A DNA stretch of 64,000 nt from Squalus acanthias (Eukaryota). Where the stretch lies: contig CM059432.1 in the NCBI GenBank assembly GCA_030390025.1, forward strand, positions 67,086,001 through 67,150,000, given 5' to 3'. The translations under genes were made by a program, and so were the position numbers. This document shows, in pieces, positions 37,241 to 50,459 of this stretch (its first letter is position 1; each line of letters opens with the position of its first letter). A model generated the notes under the pieces. It was not told the DNA's origin and made no database searches. It saw nothing but the letters and a program-made list of their open reading frames with translations.

Positions 37241-38796
37241 CTGTGTTAAAAGATTTTTAAAAAATGAAGCAGCAACTGTGGGGGCAGGAAGATAAAATTC
37301 ACAAAGTCTGTTTGGAGTCTCATTATTGTACTTCTCACATCTGCATTTCAGTTACCCAAAATTTAATTTATTCTTGTTAACTATACAGCTCAACTTTGGA
37401 TATGATGCTCTTCATTCTACAAGAAACACTGTTCCTTTAAGAAATTTGCATCATATACACATCAGCTGATATAACATACAGCAGGTTGGGGAAAGCGTGT
37501 TTTTAGTTCTTTGACTGGAGGAGAAAACACAAGACCCTAAGAAACAGCAAGAGTACATAAACATCCACAAGTCACATCAGGTCAAAAGAATTGAAGAGTA
37601 TACCAGAGGGAAGCTTTGTGTGTGGTGGTTCAGTTTCAAATAATAGGTAGGATTATATACACAAGGTAAGCATCTAATATTTTTCCTATACATTCAACTT
37701 CCACAGACTTTAATAACAGGGGTATACCAAAGAAGTGCAAAAACTGGAATTCTGAGGACCTACATATTCAAACAGTTTGGACCATAGCCGTGCCAAAGCT
37801 CCATCATCTTGAGCTGTCCGGTCAATGTGCCCAGCTGTTTGGAATCCTCCTCCTCTGGAGGACTGAGTGTTACCCTGCATGGGAGACTATCTGCACTTTG
37901 TCTGCATTTGAAACTTAACAGATAAATCAGGAGTTTATTAAGCACATTCATGTAATGTGCTCAAAGGAGATGGGGACTAACACAGGAAGCATGAACTAGA
38001 AAAGGTCATTCAGCTTACCAAGCCCACTCGTTCAACATACTATGTACAGTCACAGCCTTTTCATGGGTTCTGTCACATTAAATTACTCAGTTCTACAAAA
38101 GTTCCCACTCCCAAAAATTTAAGCTCTATAATATCTACACAAACTTTCCATCAAGTTTGAACATCAATGAAATTAGCACATCCATGGACCATTTGATTAT
38201 CTTGCTGAATATTCAACCCTATTCTTAACCAGATATCTGTGCAGCATTTAGTTTGCATTGTGTGGCACCTTTTTGCGTCTTCGAGATGTCTCAGAGCGCT
38301 TCACACTCAATGAGTTACTTTTCTGAAGTGTAGTCACTGTTGTAATATAAGGAAAATGCATTTATACACCTAATTCTCCAACTGCAAATGCATTTAAACT
38401 TGACACTGAACTCGCAGGCTTAGTGTCATCTGTAAATTGTATAACGTGGAGTCGGGTATTTCTTGCAATCTCATTTATGAATAATATGAACAGCAGGAGA
38501 CTCAGAACACACACTCTTTGAAACTCCACGAGTCTACATAAAAGTTACAATGGCACAAGAACAGCAGGGAAATTCTCCTGGCATCCTGGCCAACATTTAT
38601 TCCTCAATCCACACCACCAAACAGATTATCTGGTCCTTTATCTCATTACAGCTTGTGAAACCTTGCTGTATGCAAATTAGCTGCCGTGTTTATTTACAAA
38701 ACAAGTGGCTACATTTCAAAAACAATTCACTGACTGGAGTGCTTTGGGACACCCTAAGGATGTGACAAGTACTATATAAATCCAAGCTATTTTCTT

Positions 38797-38930
38797 TTAC
38801 AAAAACAAAATACTGCAGATGCTGGAAATCTGAAATAAAAACAGAAAATACTGGAAACACTCAGCAGGTCTGGCAGCATCTGTGGAGAGAGAAACAGCGT
38901 TAACATTTCAGGTCGATGACCCTTCGTCAG
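38797..38930 (-). mobile_element. Penelope-like pseudo-LTR fragment with a hammerhead-type core
   Basis: aaaatactgcagatgctggaaatctgaaataaaaacagaaaatactggaaacactcagcaggtctggcagcatctgtggagagagaaacag...tttcaggtcgatgacccttcgtcag. Related pieces at about 41090-41240 and 63401-63458. Confidence 0.6.
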
Positions 38931-41647
38931 CAACCAATTGGTCCTGGATGGGTAAGTTAACCTGGAAGTTGGACAGACCTGGAACTGACAGAAGTTTGTG
39001 CAGGCTCTGGGGCACCAGCATCCTCCCACTCACATGCAGGAACTAATGTGTAACATGACTTAACAAGTGAAGGCTTTTTGAATGTTCCCAGGAACATTCA
39101 TTGTGCAGTTTTTAATCTGACTTGAGAATGGAGGGGTTTCTGTGCTACCTGGAATCCAAAGTCTCTGCCCAAGAAGAATCCAGCTTTGACGTCCTTGGAG
39201 CCAGTTATCCCATCTGCATCCAAGTAGTGACATTGAGTTGTTCTACTGAGTTTCAAGCAGGATCAAAACTTATGCAATTATGTAGGGCATCAGACAGGTG
39301 TGCAAATCAGTCATTGGGAAGAATGCATGATTATTATACAGGGAATTGGCATTGAATAGAAGCTGAATTGAAGACAGCCTGAACCGAACTGACATCAGTT
39401 TGCCAGTAATGCTCAACGTACAGGAGAAGAACACTTCAAAACTATCAAAAAGAATAAAACTGGAAATATTTAAAGATAGACTGTAGAAAAGATTGTAAAA
39501 CAGAACTGAAGAGATTTGATAAGTTATAATTAGAACTTTGATGAGAGATGGGCAGCAAATCTCTTATGACTGGAGAGAAAGAGGGGGCAGCTCAGATGAG
39601 GTCCGATGTACATTAAATAGGGGAAGGTCAGCACCCCAGTTTAGCTTGGCAGGTTGTTAAAAGCCTAGTGGCCAGAGATTATTGCATTTCCTGTTTTTGC
39701 AAAAAGAGAGAGAATAGTAATTTTTTTGAACTAATGTCAGTGACTACCAATACCATGGAATTTGTAAAAATACAATTGTTAGTGGCAATGAAAATGCAGC
39801 AGCCAATCACTAAACAGCCTCAATAATGACCGTCATGCTTCTCAAACACTAAGTAACCATGTAACCAAGATAAATATAAAACGTTTGGCAATCCAGCAGC
39901 AGAGTGTGCAATCACACTAAAACCTGAAATTATGAGTTATGTTGAAACATCTCAAAGCGCTTCACATGATTTATTTTTGGCATGCAGTGACTGACAGGTA
40001 GGTAAACTGCAGTGAAAAATATCAGATCAGTGGAGAAAAGGGTAATTAACTAATGAGGTCTTGCAAATCTTGCTAAGCACAATAATGCGCATACATTTTT
40101 GGTAGATACAGTTCCCTAGCATGCAACGAAAGTGCAAAGCAAGACAGATAGCTATCTCTGCAATCCCGGAGAAGGCGCATGACGAACACAAAAGTAAAAC
40201 TTCAATAGGACTATAAAGATGCAGCACATGACAAATACACAAAAGAAAGTAGTTGTGAATGATACAAGCAAAAAACAGGTTGCTGGCAAATAAAATCAAG
40301 TGAAAATAACATGATTGTTATTATATGCCATAATGGAGAGAAATATTGCAAGAGGAAATTTTCCTGAGCTGAACAAACATGGTTCTACTTCTAACCCCAT
40401 TGTTTTTCTTGTTTAAAAAAAAACTGGCACTCAGGAGGATATAATGTCCAACAGGTGATGGACCCAGATCTTAGGAACTCACTTTATAAAAGGAAGCATT
40501 GCCGAGTTTCTTCAAGAGGTAAAAGTTTAGACAGCAATGAGATTGGAGGAGAGGACAGCAACAGCTGTACGTACCATATTAATCACGTTGGGGCACACTA
40601 AGTTATATCAGCGTCTCTACAATTGCTTGTTAGGGCATACAATGACAATATGGCACCAAAAGGATTATTCAACGTACCATCTGCTGTCTTTACAGAGCAA
40701 AAAGTACCCATTGGATGGACCAAAGAGCACCACAAAACTGAGCATTAACAATTAGGAACCCCTTTGAAAGTGATAAGAGCACAGGGTGAGGCAGCAAGCA
40801 CAGGTGAGGAAGAAAAATGAATGGTGGTACTTGATGAGGAGCCAGCCAGTAGAAAAGTGGTCAGCAAGCTGACTGCTAGTTGTATGGGTATACAAATCTT
40901 AGTGACCTACTTTCAAATGAATTTCACAATATCATGAGACACAAGTTTGAGCCATTTTCCATGCGATGAGTAAAACTAACTTGCACCAAAATAAATATAT
41001 GTAATTAAAAATGTCTAAGCATAGTGCCAGATATGTTGGCCTGTCTCTGAAATCTTCCACTGTCAAAAGCCTCAGAAAATATATAAAAATAACAAAATGC
41101 TGTAAATCTGGAATAAAATCATAAAATACTGAAAAAAAATCAGTCACCATCTGTAAAACAAAGACAAGCTATGTCATTCCAGGTATACACCCTTCATAAC
41201 AGAAAACATAAGGTAAAGCAAACTACTGTGGATGCTGCTAATCAGAAATAAAATCATCCTTAATATCAAAAGTTTTGAGTTGAGGAGAAACTTGGGCTTT
41301 TTAATTTGAAAAGGAGGCATCTGAAGCAACCTTATAAGTATACAAGTTAGTTAAGGGTATGGACAAGGTAAATCTGGAATATTACTTTACAAACTGAATT
41401 GCAATGTAGGACAAGAGCACACAAGGTGCTAACTGGTAAAAGATAAATCTAACACTGATATCAAGAAGTTCTTAATCACAGAGAGTGATCAACGCATGGA
41501 ATTAACATCCAGATACAGTAGTGAGACAAAAACTGGTTACTGCTTATTGGTTATCTGCTAAACTGGTGTGCAACACAGGTGAAAATGCCAGACTTCAGCA
41601 TCATGGAAGCACCAGCAACGTTGTATGGAATGGGGAGCTGTTAGCAT

Positions 41648-41713
41648 GGTCAGCTCGACCAATCAGAATAACTGCTTCAGGGTCAGCTCGACCAATCAGA
41701 GTAACTGCTTCAG
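41648..41713 (+). repeat. 33-bp tandem duplication, each unit containing a CCAAT box
   Basis: ggtcagctcgaccaatcagaataactgcttcag / ggtcagctcgaccaatcagagtaactgcttcag (1 mismatch). Confidence 0.9.
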
Positions 41714-42134
41714 GCCAGAAGAAAGCCAGCCCAACCAATAACGAGCAGCTCCAACAGGGCTCGTCATGGCAAAGGGCAAGCAGCATCTAACCGCGTTCTA
41801 GATGGACAGCAGGGGTGGGTCTGGCACGTCTCGTCGTGAGTGTCAATATTCTCAGCAATCACTCTAATGAAGTTAAAGTACCACTTGCAACTGCTGGACA
41901 AAAACCTAGAAGCTACTAAGGTGTGCTGTGTTTGATAAATTCATCCAGAATTCCAAACTTTGGTGAAAGAGAAAGATTACAAAGTTTCACACTGAATAGT
42001 GGTAGATATTTGTTTACTAAATATACACGTGCAATATATTCACTTGTATTGTGTGCAAGGCGTTTTCTACTAAAATTAGTGCATGTGGTTAAAATGGTAC
42101 TGCCTGTGGCTAGACAGCGATTTCTACTGATGGG

Positions 42135-42590
42135 CAGATTCACCAGAATGATACCGGGGCTAAAAGGGTTAAATTATGAGGACAGGTTGCATAGAGTAGG
42201 CTTGTATTCCCTTGAGTATAGCAGATTAAGGGGTGATCTAATTGAGGTATTTGAGATGAACAAAAGGATTTGATAGGGTAGATAGAGAGAAACTAGTTTC
42301 CCTGGTGGGGGAGTCCAGAACAAAGACACATAACCTTAATATTAGAGCTAACCTTAATATTAGAGCTAGGCCATTCAGGAGTGATAGCAGGAAGCATTTA
42401 TTGATACAAGTGGTAATGGAAATCTGTAACTCTTCCCTCAAAAAGCTGTTGAGGCTAGGTCAAGTAAAAAATTCAAAAGATAGATTTTTGTTATACATGG
42501 AGACAAGGTAGATAAGTGGAGTTGGGGTACAGATCAGCCATGCTAATTGAATGGCAAAACAGGCTCAAGGGGCTGAATGTCCCTATGTTC
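42135..42590 (+). mobile_element. CR1 LINE 3' fragment with an 18-bp internal tandem duplication
   Basis: RFTRMIPGLKGLNYEDRLHRVGLYSLE..LRGDLIEVF; taaccttaatattagagc occurs twice at about 42331-42366. Confidence 0.88.
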
Positions 42591-44011
42591 CACTGATTTA
42601 CAGTGATTGAATAAAATTTCCAGTTTTATAAAATTATGGTTTGGATTGAATTCCACGACTCTTGCCTTTATTCTATAAAAACTGTAAATGAGTGGCCTTT
42701 CCATCTAGTCTATATATGAATACAAGAATCTTGGATCCACAGGCACTTACTGCCACATTAATAATGGAATATGAATATAATGGCAGAATGTGCGACTTAA
42801 AAATGGAGACTGAATGTCTTGGTCCAATCACCTCATCTTGCTTGACCTGAAGACTACACTTAGTCTTGATGCCCCCGTGTGTTATATCACGGGAAATTAA
42901 GTCTTGTTTTGTCTCGGGTGTAATTAAATGTTTACATTTTTTAACACAACAAAATACACGATAATCAAGTGAGAATTAAATGTTGTTTGCTTTCTAAATT
43001 CAACTTTAAAAAAAAACTTCATTTAAGATGAGGCAAGACTATCTCAGCTTAATATATTTTCTGAAGTTTAGAGTAAATGTTAAACATGAAATAAAGCTAC
43101 AACAGGTTAGTAATGAGCAGTGCTTTATTTTTTTTGTACAAACACTTATTAACTAAATAAAGCTTTTGAAATACAACTAGATTGTTAGAATGCTTCTCAT
43201 TCAGTCCCCATCGTGTGGCCAGCTTAAATGTTATTGATGCATCTAGGGAAACTGTGCAAGCTTCATGTGCTCAGACTGAAAACTTCCTTCAGCTAACAGC
43301 TATTGTTCTGGACAAAAATATTAAGTCCAGACCAAGCCCATTGGGACAGGCTGAAGCATTCGAGCAAAAACTTTAATGAAGAAAAAGATGCAAGGGAAAC
43401 AATTTAGTGGATACATTTAATAGTTATTGGAATAACACTTTTTTTTTGATTGATTTTTTTTTTCTCTTTAAAACCTTATTTTGGACATTCAAAATTTATT
43501 CTACCACAGAACAAATTGGCAATTTTTTTCAGTAAGCATTTGAGTGATTTATGGGTCAAAGAGTGCTAAGTGGTGATGTGACAAGGAGCCCTGATAGGTC
43601 ACTGCAGATTAACACTGGAAATCCTATTAAGATGCCACCCACTGGCATTGCATAGAAACTTGATAGCAACTGTGGATACTTTTACATTGGAATGCCCATG
43701 GGAAATGTTTGCATGTTCCATTGAAAACTGCTATGTAATCAATGTGAACATTTTATTTTATCAATATTAAAAATCTTGCATCTGCATGAACTTCCTGCTC
43801 AATTTTGCCATTATGATTTCCCATGTCTACATTTATCATGGGAACTCCAGTTGTGAACGCTCCTACCAGTAATGGAGCTGTAGCATTTAAACTTTGTGTC
43901 TCCCACCTCCTATGCTCCAACTAACTCTACTTCTCAGCTTCACAAATTGCTGCCAGATTTACTATTTAGCTACAAATATAAAATCAAAGTATTATTTAAA
44001 AATGACTGAAA

Positions 44012-44800
44012 AACAACAACTTGCATTCATATAGCACCTTTAACGTAGTAAAATAATTTCAATATGCTTCACATGAGCATAATCAGACAAGAATTGAGAC
44101 AAGCCAAAGAAGGAGATATTACGATAGGTGACTAAAAGCTTGGTCAAAGAGGTAAGTTTTATGGAGCATCTTAAAAGGAGAAGAGAGGTGGAAAGGCAGA
44201 GAGGTTTAGGGAGGGAATTCCAGAGCTTAGGGCCTAGACGGCTGAAGGCACGTCTGGTGGGGTGAAGGAAGTGGGGGGGGGGGGGATGCACAAAAGTCCA
44301 GAGATGAGGGTACGCAGAGTTCTCGGAAGGTTGTAGGAGGTTACAGAAATAGGGAGGGGCGAGGCCATGGAGGGATTTGAACACAAGGATGAGAATTTTA
44401 AAACTGAGGCATTGGTGGACTAGGAGCTAATGTAGGTCAGTGAGCACAGAGGTGATGGGTGAATGGGATTTGATGCGAGTTAGGATATGAGCAACAGAGT
44501 TTTGGATGATCTCAACTTTATGGAGGGTGGAAGACGGGAGGCCGGCCAGGAGACCATTCAAATAGTCAAGTCTGGAGTTAACAAAAGCATATATGAAAGT
44601 ATCAGCAGTAGATAGGCTGAAGCAGGGCAGCGGCAGGCAATGTTACAGAGGTGGAAGTGGGCAGACTTTGTGATGGAAAATATGGGAAGCTTTGCTCAGG
44701 GTCAAATAGGACACCGAGGTTGTGAACAGTCTGGTTCAGCCTGAGGCAGTGGCCAGGGAGGGAAAGGTTATCAGTGACTAGGGAACAGTGTGTGTGGCAG
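44012..44800 (-). mobile_element. L2 LINE 3' fragment
   Basis: acaacaacttgcattcatatagcacctttaacgtag tail; ORF FKSLHGLAPPYFCNLLQP..RAFSRLGPKLWNSLP (L2 ORF2 end). A shorter copy lies at about 45367-45710. Confidence 0.88.
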
Positions 44801-46339
44801 TGGCCGAAGTCAGTAAGACTAAATTACACCTGCGCACCTCAGCCTAATTATCTGCTGCCTTCTCATTCTACGTGTGACCTTTATTACCAGTCGGTCATCA
44901 AGAGTGCATTGTTCCACATCTGGAATATTGTCTGTTTGCACCCCTTCATCTCTCTACCCCTTGAACCTGCATGTTAAACACGAAGACCAACAGGTTATTG
45001 ACAGAACTGAGCAGTCCAACAACCAACGTATGCCTAATTCTTCACCATTTTTTACAGGTAGCCATGAGTAGTTACTACAAAATGTTTGTATTTGATTCTA
45101 AGGATAAGCCTTGGTTCATTGGTAGCACTCTTGTCTGAGTCAAAGTTGAAAGTTCAAGCCCCACTCAAGACACGAGCACATAATCTAGGTGGCACTTCAG
45201 ATGCCGTTTTTTGGATGAGATGTTAAACCGAGGCCCTGTCTACCCCTCAGGCAGAAGTAAAAGATCCCACAGCACTATTCGAAGAAAAGCAGGGGATGTG
45301 TTTGTCCTGGCCAACATTTATCCCTTAACTAACATCTAAAAACAGATTATCCTAGCATTTACTTCAACAACAACTTGTATTTATATAGTGCCTTCAACGT
45401 AGTAAAACGTCCCAAGGCACTTCACAGGAGCATCATCAACCAAAGTCTGACATCGAGCCACACAAGACGACATTAGGGCAGAAGAGGTAGGCTTTAAGGA
45501 GCATCATAAAGGAGCAGAGAGAGGCGGAGAGGTTTGGGGAGGGAATTCCAGAGCTTAGGGCCTTGGCATCAAAAGCACGGCCACCAATGGTGGAGCAATT
45601 AAAATCAGGGATGCTCAAGAGGCCAGAATTGGAGAAGCGCAGCTATCTGAGAGTTGTAGGGCTGGAGGAGGTTACAAAGATAGGGAGGGGTGAGGTCATG
45701 GATGGATTTGTTGGACCATGCTTTGTGCAAATTGGCTGTCATGGTATCCTTATATTACAACAGTGAATACACTTCAAAAATGTACTTCATTGGCTGTAAA
45801 GTGCTTTGGGATGCCCTGAGATCATGGGCACTATATAAATGCAATTCTTTCTTTAAGGAAAAAAAAAGCAGAAAGCAATATAACAAGGCAAGATTCCCAG
45901 TAGGCCATCAGCTAGCTAATAAAAAGATGCACCAAGATCAAGGTTTGTACAGAGTTATTTATATGGTTGATGTGAGAATCATTACAAAAGGCTAACTATA
46001 CTTAAGGAGCTGGAAAGTATCTGTACTCATACACATGGTGCCTGCAGGTCACTGAGAAATAAAAGATCAAAGGGTTCCAAGATAGAACTTTCAAGTTCAC
46101 ATGCCTTGGATATAAAAAGTCAAGCAAATAATAAAATGAAAAGAAGTCAGTATCTGAGAGAAGAGCATTAATAATTGGAGAGAAAATAATTTGAAAGAAA
46201 CTAGTTTGTGCTTTTCCCATCGAGTCTGTGGTATGTAAAGAATGAGAAAAAACAAAATGAGAAAATAAATCTTAGGATGTCTCAAGACTTATCACTTCTA
46301 CTTAATTGAAGACTTATAAAGACATAGTACTTCACATAC

Positions 46340-48249
46340 CTCTCTGCTCTACTTTGCTCTTTAAGTTGACTTTCAAGTTGTTGATTTTTTATTTGCAATT
46401 CTTGCTCGAGTGCTCGTCTTTTTCGTTCACAATCCTCATGCATTTTATTTCTAACAGACTCCTCTCCTTCCTGGCTTAATGTGTTGAGTAGTTGTTCCTT
46501 CTCCTCCTGAAGACCACGAATAGTAGCTTTATATTTTGTTTCTATTTCTAAGACAATTCTTTCTTTTTCAGAATCCATTTCGTCCTTTTGTATTTCTATG
46601 GTTTTCAAATATTCTTCCAACTTAGTACTGAGCTCTTCAACTCGTCCCTTTAATGTTATTTCAACATCAAGTGCTTGCTGCCTCATTGTGTCCAATTTAC
46701 TTAGCTCTGCTCGAAGGAGGGTCATCTCCTCTTCGTGCCTGTCCACCAACTCAGAAATGCACTGTTTTTTTTCCATGGTCATTAATTCCCTTTCTTCTGC
46801 AAGTCCTACCTCATAGTCCTCATTTTTTAGCTGAAGCTGGTGTTTCAAGTCAGTTATCTCTTCGCTGTATTTCTCCTTTTCTTTCATGACCTGACATTTT
46901 GTAATCTCTTGTTGGACTTGGTTCTCTTTTAAAAGCTGCTTTATTTCCTCAGTTTCGGCTTCCTTCAAAGCCAATTCAACTTCCAGCTTGCACCTAAAGT
47001 CAGAAAGCTCAGATACTTTAAATTTAAGTTCATTCAGTTCTTGTTCTTGCTCCTGGAGTTTAAGTGTAAGGGACTGTTGCACATGTTCTAACCTTGCTTC
47101 ATTTTCCCTCAAGATTTTTTCTTGCTGACCATCGTGATCAGTCATCAGCCTCTCCATTTCCTGCTGATGCCTGGCTTGCAGGTTATCTTCAAGATCCTTC
47201 AGATGACTTTGTTCAAGATTCTGAAGCTCTTCCCTTAAGCACCCCATCTTTTGATCAGCTTGTACATTAAGTCTGTTTAATTCTTCCAATAAACTCTCTT
47301 TGGATTGTCTGAGTTCTTGGATTTGTGTCTCCTGTTTTTTTCTCTCTTCCACCAAGTCATGTATTTCTTTATCTTTACTCATTTGTAAACACAAGAGGGT
47401 TTCATTTTTAGTCCTAGTCACAGCAATCTCATGATCTTTCTGTTTTATACTATCTTCAAGCTCCAACAAATCCCTTTTCAGCTTTTCTACATTTTTCTGA
47501 GTAGCCTTCGCCTCAACATCCCATTTGTCCATTCGGTCTTCATAATCCTTGCTTAAAATTTCTAATTTTTGTTGATAATTTTCCTTTGCTCCTGCTTCAA
47601 CTCTACATTTTACTGTTTCAATTATGCTTCTTAATTCTTCACTTACATTTCTCATGGAACTATTAAAATCACATTGCTCTTTCTGGACAAGTGCTCTGAA
47701 ATGGTTAAGGTCTTTCTTAATGTTTATAAAATGTGACTGAGACATTTCAGTGATAAACCTATATTTTTCAATATGCATCTTTAGAGTTGTAACTTCTTTA
47801 GAATCCACCTTTTCACCACAAGTTGTATCCTGCATACGTCTATTATCGATAGCATTAATAACTGAAGAATATAGTGATTCAAGCATCATTTCAGGACTTT
47901 GTGGATCACTGATTAAGTTGGGTGAGGTTAAGTTCTCCTCAATCACAAATTCATTTACTGCTGACACAAAATCAGACTCTGGACTCTCTGCTAATGAGTC
48001 CATATCTATAGATCCTTGTTTGAGAACTTGTTCTAAATTTGGATGAGGAATAGTCTCAAAATCGAATGTATGGGCATCAATACTATCAGGAGACAGCTCT
48101 TCTAATGAGGCAGGAACGTTAGCAGGTGGACAGATTGGTCCCTGAAGGCTAAGAGTGGACGTGGCTCTAGAAGAGGTAGTTTTAGTTCCGGTTGTGCTTT
48201 CCAGCCTGTGTGGTGTTGGCGTCGTTAATGTAGGTTGATCAAGAGACAC
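46340..48249 (-). CDS. RB1CC1: RB1CC1/FIP200 giant internal coding exon (1910 nt): LIR region plus most of the coiled coil
   Basis: ORF 46282-48255 contains LEELSPDSIDAHTFDFETIPHPN, DSLAESPESDFVSAVNEFVIEENL, ESLYSSVINAID and RCKLEVELALKEAETEEIK, near-identical to vertebrate FIP200. Acceptor ttgcag|GTG (phase 0); donor GAG AG|gtatgt (phase 2). LIR core FDFETI at 48066-48049. Confidence 0.97.
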
Positions 48250-50459
48250 CTGCAAGCATAAGCAGCACTGATGTTAAAACACAATTAAAAAAAAGTCAGT
48301 GAAAAAAAACTGTAAAAATACATTAGAAGTTTAACACCAACTGTTTGTAAAATAGCTTCAATTTTATATTTTGGGAAAATCTAGATATATGTTCAGTACT
48401 GTACTATAGCTATCCAATTACACAAATCTTCCCAACTGGTGGGATGACCAAATAACCTTGTGAAAATTCAACCACCAAAACACTAACCTTTCAGTTCAAA
48501 CCAATTCTATGTTGAAACAGACTAAATCCATGATTAATAAAATGTATATAATGTAGCTTGAGAGAAGTATCAACATCCTTATTTTTAATTGAAACATACT
48601 GTAATTCAAAGCGCAACTCTAAAACTAACCATTTTTAAACTTACAAAAACATCTGAAGACTATATACTCTATGATTGCAATTTTTGTTAATTTTAGTTAA
48701 AATTTCTTGCAGTATGGGATTCCAGTATTTTGAAATAAAATAAGTCTCTGGTATAATTTAACATTTGTTTCCTAGTGTAATGCATTCACAACATTTTATT
48801 AAAATAAGTTACCTTTACGGAAATTGTTCAGCACTTTTTCTGGCTTAGGAGGGACAAAAGTCAGGCATACATTTTCATTTATCAAGTGATCTGGTGAGAT
48901 GCTCTGACACAATTTATGAGCAAACCCCTATCTCACCACCCTGAACAAGTTTTCGCCCCTCCTCCTCAGGAAAGATTTCCCCGTCACATGAAATGAGGAA
49001 AAAGTGCCATCAAAAATACGTGCTAGATGATGGTTGGAAGATAGCAAGTCCAAGTAGGCAGCAATTACATTCGGTACTGAAACCCTCAAGAAGCAGTAGA
49101 TTTGGCAGCATTTGATTGAAATGAACAAAGAGCGAGCTCCACACAATACCCGCACTGCTCGGACATGAACCTTGTGCAAGTTTACATGCACCCAACCCCC
49201 AGTGCTGTCGTTGTTTTCAGCTTCCTCACCCCCGTCGAGCAACAACCCCTCCCACAGCCATGACCCTCCCTGGGCGAGCAGGAATCATGAACCTCCAATT
49301 CTTATGTGGCGTAAGCTGTGGATTGCATTCAACCTCCCACCCCTACTGAAATTCCTACACATTACCGCTAGCTGTACTATCCTCCCACTAACTCCCCGCC
49401 CCACCTCCTTTAGAGAGGAGTACTTCAATCATTCAAGTAGCTATGGATTATGTTTGCATAGATATGCATGTATCAATTGTGCTGGTCACTTGATGGTTAA
49501 TTAGAATGTTTGTTCTTTGTCTTCTTTAAAATACTACTGCTCTCAGTCGACGACGCCAAGTCCACTGCTCTGGTATAGGATCATATGAATATGATTGATG
49601 CATTCTACAGGTACTACAAAGTTTTAATAAGGGACTTCCTGCTCCATGGTACCAAGGAGTTCAAATGATCAGAGGTAGGATAGAAACAGATATTTTGTGT
49701 AGAAGCTCCACCATGAAACCATGAATGGGGATACTGGGCTACTGGACCGCACTCTCAAGTTGAAAATATTCACTCAAAGTTTCACAAGTAGCAGACTATA
49801 TTGAGAATTTTGTTCCAGACCTGAGAACTAGAGATTCCAGACAGCAGGGCCATTAGTAAATAGGAAAATGAAAAGTCAACAGTTCATAAGGGTACAAAAG
49901 TCAAGACTAAAAGCACACCAGTATGCCAATGTTATTTAAAAAAAATGTATATTGAAAAAAAAAGGTTATTGTTGAGGCAGTTTATAAAGTCTGGGGGAAA
50001 AAAGCTTCCTTTATATGAGAATACAATATGACTAACATTGCAATGAATTAAGTAGTCTCAAGCGAGGCACAAAAACAGAGTGGCGAGATTAGGTCCTGGG
50101 GTAAGGGGCAGAGCGTAGAGACGGGCAGAATTCAATGAGCGGGACAGGGTGGGGTCCAGAGCACATGGAGCAGGACAGGGAGGGGGCGGGGAGAGGAGAG
50201 CAGGATGGGGCGGGGCACAGAGCGCGGGGTGCCGGCCCGGGTGAGGACAGAGTGGAGAATGTCATCGTGAAATATCATTTTCCAGACTTCAGGAATAGTC
50301 TGGAAACTGACTGGCTCAGTGGGGAGGTAGTGGCAGTCAATAAAATAATCGATACATTCAGAAACCAAACAGAAGTGCAGGTGTGAGGAACATACCCCAA
50401 ATTTGAGGAATGGGAATGTAATGGTGCAAGTATACTTGGGAACAAAGGGTTAACTGCAT

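Noticed and set aside
46282..48255. 657-aa ORF as a stand-alone single-exon gene
   Set aside because: Its TTG start and last ~19 codons are intronic; canonical splice sites delimit an internal RB1CC1 exon.
49071..49080. TCGGTACT motif recurring at about 21353 (reverse), 49071 and 63570 in non-repeat sequence
   Set aside because: Only 8-10 bp with no shared flanks; compatible with chance in 64 kb.
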